A stretch of 64,000 bases of DNA, taken from an uncultured Gemmatimonadales bacterium (lineage in GTDB: Bacteria > Gemmatimonadota > Gemmatimonadetes > Gemmatimonadales > GWC2-71-9). Location of the stretch: assembly GCA_963777835.1 (NCBI GenBank), contig CAVZRK010000006.1, forward strand, positions 1,186,155 through 1,250,154. Direction: 5' to 3'. How positions within the stretch are numbered: position 1 is the first letter of the stretch; each line of letters opens with the position of its first letter. The position numbers and the translations under genes were made by a program. Below, one piece after another: positions 60,488 to 64,000 of this stretch. The notes under the pieces were generated by a model. The model did not search any database. It was not told where the DNA came from and saw only the letters and a list, made by a program, of their open reading frames with translations.

Positions 60488-62266
60488 GCGCTGCCACAGC
60501 GGCGGCGCCGCAATTGCCCCGCGCCGAGTTCCTGTACTTCGGCCCGCCAGATCGCCCCCTCCTCGGCTGGCTGCACCGGCCACCCGGTGACGGCACCCAG
60601 CGCTCGACCGGCGTCGTCATCTGCAACCCGTTCGGTTACGAAGCGCTGTGTGCCCACCGAAGCCTGCGGCACTTCGCCGAATCGGCGGCGGCTCTCGGAT
60701 ATCCGACGCTGCGGTTCGACTACGACGGGACGGGGGACTCGGCGGGAGAGGACCTGGATCCCGATCGATGGGGCGCGTGGCAGCGGAGCGTGCACCATGC
60801 CGTGGATGCGCTGCGCCGCGAAGCCGGGGTGGATTCCGTGTGCCTGCTCGGCGTCCGGCTCGGCGCCACCATCGCCGCGCTGGCGGCCGCCGATCGCGAG
60901 GACGTGACCGGGCTCGCGGTCATCGCCCCGGTCGTGAACGGCAGGGCGTGGCTGCGCGAGGTGCGGGCCCTGCAGGCGGCCATGGGCCGTGCCGAGCCCC
61001 CGCCGGAGCTGGCCCTTCCCGACGGCGTCACCGAGAGCATCGGGCTCCTGCTGAGTCCGGAGACCCGCGAAGCCATCGGCGCAGTCGACCTGGCGGCGCT
61101 GGACCGGCCGCCCGCCGCCGTCTGCCTGGTCATGGACCGCGACGACCGCGCCCCGAGCGAGGCCTGGTCCGCACGGATGCAGGAACTCGGCGCCCGTGTC
61201 GAGGCCGGGGTGCTGCCGGGGTACGTCGAGATGACGCTCGACCCGCACGAGGCGCGAGTGCCCGGGCAGATGGTGTCGCGCTTCGCCGACTGGCTGACCA
61301 CCCGATTCCCTGCCCTGCGCGCGGAGCGCTTCGTGCCGCCGGCGGCCGGACCCAGCGGGCCTGTGGAGACGGCGCCGGGCGTGGTGGAAAGCGCGCACTT
61401 CCTCGACGGGTCGAGCCGGCTCTTCGGAATCCTGACCGCCCCCACCGCCGCGACCCCCACGCGCGCGATCCTCCTGCTCAATTCAGGCGCCAATCACCAC
61501 ATCGGCAACGGCAGGATGTACGTGAAGTTCGCCCGGAGGCTGGCCCGGGAGGGATGGCTGGTCCTGCGGTACGACGTCTCCGGAATCGGCGACAGCGCGC
61601 CGCATCCGGGCGCTCCCGAGAACGACGTGTACACCTCCTTCGCCGTGGGCGATCTCGCAACGGCGATCACGTTCGTCCGGAATCGGCCGGGCGTCAGTCG
61701 CGTCGAGGTGACCGGACTCTGCTCCGGCGCCTATCACGGATTCAAGGGCGCGGTGGCAGGGCTGCCGATGGACGGCGTGACCGTGGTCAATCCGCTCGTG
61801 TTCTTCTGGAAGGAGGGGATGTCACTCTCATATCCTCCCTTCCAGATGGTGCAAGCCGCGGCGCAGTACCAGCGCTCCGCCTTGCAGGCCGAGAAGTGGC
61901 TCAAGCTGTTCCGGGGCCAGGTGGCGCTGCGGCCGATCATCGAGGTGATGGCCCATCGCGCGGCCGACCGCCTGGCCGGGCTCGCGAGGAACCTCCGACG
62001 CTCGATCGGCCTGCCCCCGAGCGAAGATCTCGGCGGCGAACTGCGCGGCGTGGTCGAACGGGGAACGGCACTCCGGTTCGTCTTCTCGGTCGGTGACCCG
62101 GGAGAAGCGCTGCTTGCGAGTCGGTGCGGGGTGGGTCCTGCCGCGACTTCGGCGGCGCGGCCGCATCCCGATCGCCCACCTGCCAGGGTGCGATCACAGC
62201 CTCTCGTCCGCCTGGATGCACGAATTGTTGTGGCGGGAGCTCGTGCGGGGACTGGAGCAGGCGTGA
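60484..62266 (+). pseudogene. fusion of two alpha/beta-hydrolase-fold domains (resembling exosortase-associated hydrolase 2 + hydrolase 1), frame disrupted near 62115
   Basis: TTG 60484 (TTGA overlap). Domain 1: VVICNPFGYEALCAHRS...FDYDGTGDSAG...LLGVRLGA. Domain 2: ILLLNSGANHHIGNGRMYVKFARRLA...YDVSGIGDS...TGLCSGAYHG. After ...VGDPGEALL the sensible sequence RVGAGWVLPRLRRRGRIPIAHLPGCDHSLSSAWMHELLWRELVRGLEQA-stop lies in the +1 frame. The span is 1783 nt, and removing 1 nt gives 594 codons. Confidence 0.55.
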
Positions 62267-62961
62267 GGCAGGTCGAGGAACGGATCGCCGGGCTCCGCAC
62301 CATCGTCGTGCAGGTGGCCGAGGCGCCGCGCGTCGCCGTGATCGTCCTGCACGGGTACGCGATGCGTCCCGAGGACCTGGCGCCGTTCGCGGGGTCGATG
62401 GGCGCGCCGGGAGTGTTCTACCTGCCCGAGGCGCCGCTCGACGCAGAGGTCGAGGGACGTGCGTGGTGGCCGATCGACCAGGAACGCCGTGCGGCGGCGA
62501 TGGCCATCGGACCCCGCGACCTGGCCGAGGAACATCCGGCGGGAGCGGGGGCGGCCCGGGCGCTGCTCGGGCGGATCATCGAGGAGGTCGAGCGCCGACA
62601 CGCCGGCTGCCCGCTGGTGCTCGTCGGGTTTTCCCAGGGGGGGATGCTGGCCTGCGACACGATACTCCGTGACCGCCCGCGCGTGGCGGGATTGGCGCTC
62701 CTGTCCGCCTCCCGCATCTCGGCCGACGAATGGGCGCCACTGACCGGGGCACTTGCGGGGCTCCCGATCCTGGTGAGCCACGGCACCCACGACCCCGACC
62801 TGGGCTTTCACGCGGGGGAGCGATTGCGCGAGATGTGCGTCGCCGCAGGCGCAGAGGTGACGTGGGTTCCGTTCGAGGGAGAGCACGGCATCCCGCTCGT
62901 CGTGTGGCGGGCGTTGCGGAAGTTCATCGCCGGCGTGTCCGGTTTGCCGCCTACCCCTTGA
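62263..62961 (+). CDS. phospholipase/carboxylesterase-family alpha/beta hydrolase
   Basis: GTG 62263 (GTGA overlap). VIVLHGYAMRPEDL, nucleophile elbow GFSQGG and VSHGTHDPDL (His) fit the esterase triad layout. Confidence 0.7.
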   Translation: MRQVEERIAGLRTIVVQVAEAPRVAVIVLHGYAMRPEDLAPFAGSMGAPGVFYLPEAPLDAEVEGRAWWPIDQERRAAAMAIGPRDLAEEHPAGAGAARALLGRIIEEVERRHAGCPLVLVGFSQGGMLACDTILRDRPRVAGLALLSASRISADEWAPLTGALAGLPILVSHGTHDPDLGFHAGERLREMCVAAGAEVTWVPFEGEHGIPLVVWRALRKFIAGVSGLPPTP

Positions 62962-63817
62962 GGAAGATCGTCCCGTAGCGCCGATCACGGTCCGCGGCCA
63001 GCGCCCAGTACGGCTCACAGCCATAGTAGTAGTCCCACCAGTTCGCCGCGATGTGGCGCCGCGAATACTCATAGATTTCCCTGCCCTTGTAGCCGAGCGG
63101 TTGCAGACCTGCGGCCCGCGTCAACTCCACCCGCATGTCCAATTCCATCCCATCGAGGAAGAGCACCGAGCGCGGTTTCATCGTGGCGATCGCGTTGGCG
63201 AAGGCCTTTCGGGCCAGCGGGGGTGGCATGTGAAACAACACGTTCTGGAGGAAGACGATGTCAGCCTGTGGCATGTGCGCGACCAGCGTGCCATCGAGCA
63301 GGTCAGCCTGCTCGAATGCGACTCTCTGCCGGAGCGCAGGCTTGACCACCCACGCATCCCCCGCCGCATCGAAGGTTTGCTGCACGAAAGCAGCCGGCAA
63401 CCCGGGCCCCTGCGCCAGCTCCTCGGACGAGTAGGTTGCCAGGCGCGCCTGTTGGACAGTGTGGGCATGAAGATCCGAAGCCCGGATCTGCCACCGCAGC
63501 GTCGGCCGACGGTGTGCGAGCTCGCTTGCGACGGTGTATGCCTCGGCGCCGTTGGAACAGGCAAAGATGTTGATCTGGATCGGGCCGGAGTCCGCCCCTG
63601 TGTCAACATGCTGGAGCGCGGGGCCGACCAAGGCCTCGAGCTGGACAGGCGAGCGGAGGAAGCTGGTGTAGGTGTGATTATCCACGCGGGTCGCGACTTG
63701 CAGCAGGCGCCTGTGTCGCATCCGCCCGTAGGGAAGCAACGCCACGCTGCCCAGGACCTTCGACCGGAAGTAGCCCGGCAGGCGGGCGAGGATGTGGCGG
63801 AGGTCACGGCGAGGCAT
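62951..63817 (-). CDS. CheR-type SAM-dependent methyltransferase (orphan)
   Basis: TSFLRSPVQLEAL, INIFACSNGAEAYTVA, IRASDLHAHTVQQARLATYS and DIVFLQNVLFHM parallel the CheR blocks (FFR, WSAGCSTGEEPYS, ATDI...A..G.Y, RNVLIYF). Confidence 0.65.
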   Translation of the reverse strand: MPRRDLRHILARLPGYFRSKVLGSVALLPYGRMRHRRLLQVATRVDNHTYTSFLRSPVQLEALVGPALQHVDTGADSGPIQINIFACSNGAEAYTVASELAHRRPTLRWQIRASDLHAHTVQQARLATYSSEELAQGPGLPAAFVQQTFDAAGDAWVVKPALRQRVAFEQADLLDGTLVAHMPQADIVFLQNVLFHMPPPLARKAFANAIATMKPRSVLFLDGMELDMRVELTRAAGLQPLGYKGREIYEYSRRHIAANWWDYYYGCEPYWALAADRDRRYGTIFLKG

Positions 63818-63823
63818 GCGCGA

Positions 63824-64000
63824 TTACCCTGGCGGCAGGGCACGGCGCAGTGTCCCCCGCCCGCTTGCGATCACGCCCCCTGCCTCATCCACAGCTTCCA
63901 AGTCGCAGGTCGCCACCTCGTCACGTTCCGCGCGCTCGATTCCAGTGACCTGCCCCCGCAGGGTCAGAGTTGCCTCTGGGACAGCGCTTTTCAGCATTCT
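63824..64000 (-). CDS. C-terminal fragment of a hotdog-fold (MaoC-dehydratase-like) protein, 5' end outside window
   Basis: Open frame from the window edge to TAA (63826-63824). The translation ...TLTLRGQVTGIERAERDEVATCDLEAVDEAGGVIASGRGTLRRALPPG resembles MaoC-like C-termini. It is not in the ORF track because it is partial. Confidence 0.35.
   Translation of the reverse strand, partial: RMLKSAVPEATLTLRGQVTGIERAERDEVATCDLEAVDEAGGVIASGRGTLRRALPPG

Noticed and set aside
50198-64000. An integrated mobile element or genomic island bounded by tRNA-Arg.
   Set aside because: No integrase, transposase or partial tRNA 3'-end direct repeat was found in the window. It is retained only as a compositional hypothesis in the findings.

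Overview
This is a 64 kb, very GC-rich, densely packed chromosomal segment from a diderm (Gram-negative-type) bacterium. A guess from gene content and codon bias is Gemmatimonadota or Acidobacteriota-like, but I cannot verify that. All homology calls come from motifs read by eye in the supplied translations; nothing was searched.

Gene content, in order:
- tail of a response regulator, two glycosyltransferases, DUF3108 and a deoxyhypusine-synthase-like protein
- thiO-like oxidase, DUF1684 and a TlpA-like redoxin
- four tandem outer-membrane beta-barrel paralogs
- a lipA-pdhA-pdhB-pdhC-lpdA-(membrane protein)-lipB block
- M20 dipeptidase and a TPR protein
- a lipoprotein metalloprotease / beta-barrel / aminopeptidase operon
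- dnaE-accA-ricT-metG
- M23 peptidase
- LemA-nucleotidyltransferase-TPM operon
- DsbA, a CPBP protease and waaA
- atpAGDC followed by two beta-barrel OMPs and a Bor-like lipoprotein
- AraC regulator, NUDIX hydrolase and mlaEFD
- a short sigma-70
- an eight-gene tRNA array
- an accessory-looking region with acyltransferase-3, DUF2306 and SGNH hydrolase genes
- a translationally coupled operon built around a tRNA-independent aminoacyl-tRNA-synthetase-like amino acid:carrier-protein ligase

That last operon (54173-62961) is the most interesting system in the window. Besides the ligase it carries its own phosphopantetheinyl transferase and carrier protein, an acyl-CoA-dehydrogenase-like protein, DUF1839, a GH2-like hydrolase and unusual alpha/beta hydrolases.

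Two other themes run through the window. First, a family of REP-like intergenic modules: CTGCCCCG octamer arrays, a CCCCTCTCCAC/GTGGAGAGGGG hairpin, and a CATTGCGAGG...GAAGCAATCTCG palindrome. Second, about ten single-site frame disruptions in otherwise conserved, mostly essential genes. These point to assembly indel errors, except for one in pdhC that sits exactly on an octamer repeat. No rRNA, CRISPR array, transposase or integrase was seen.
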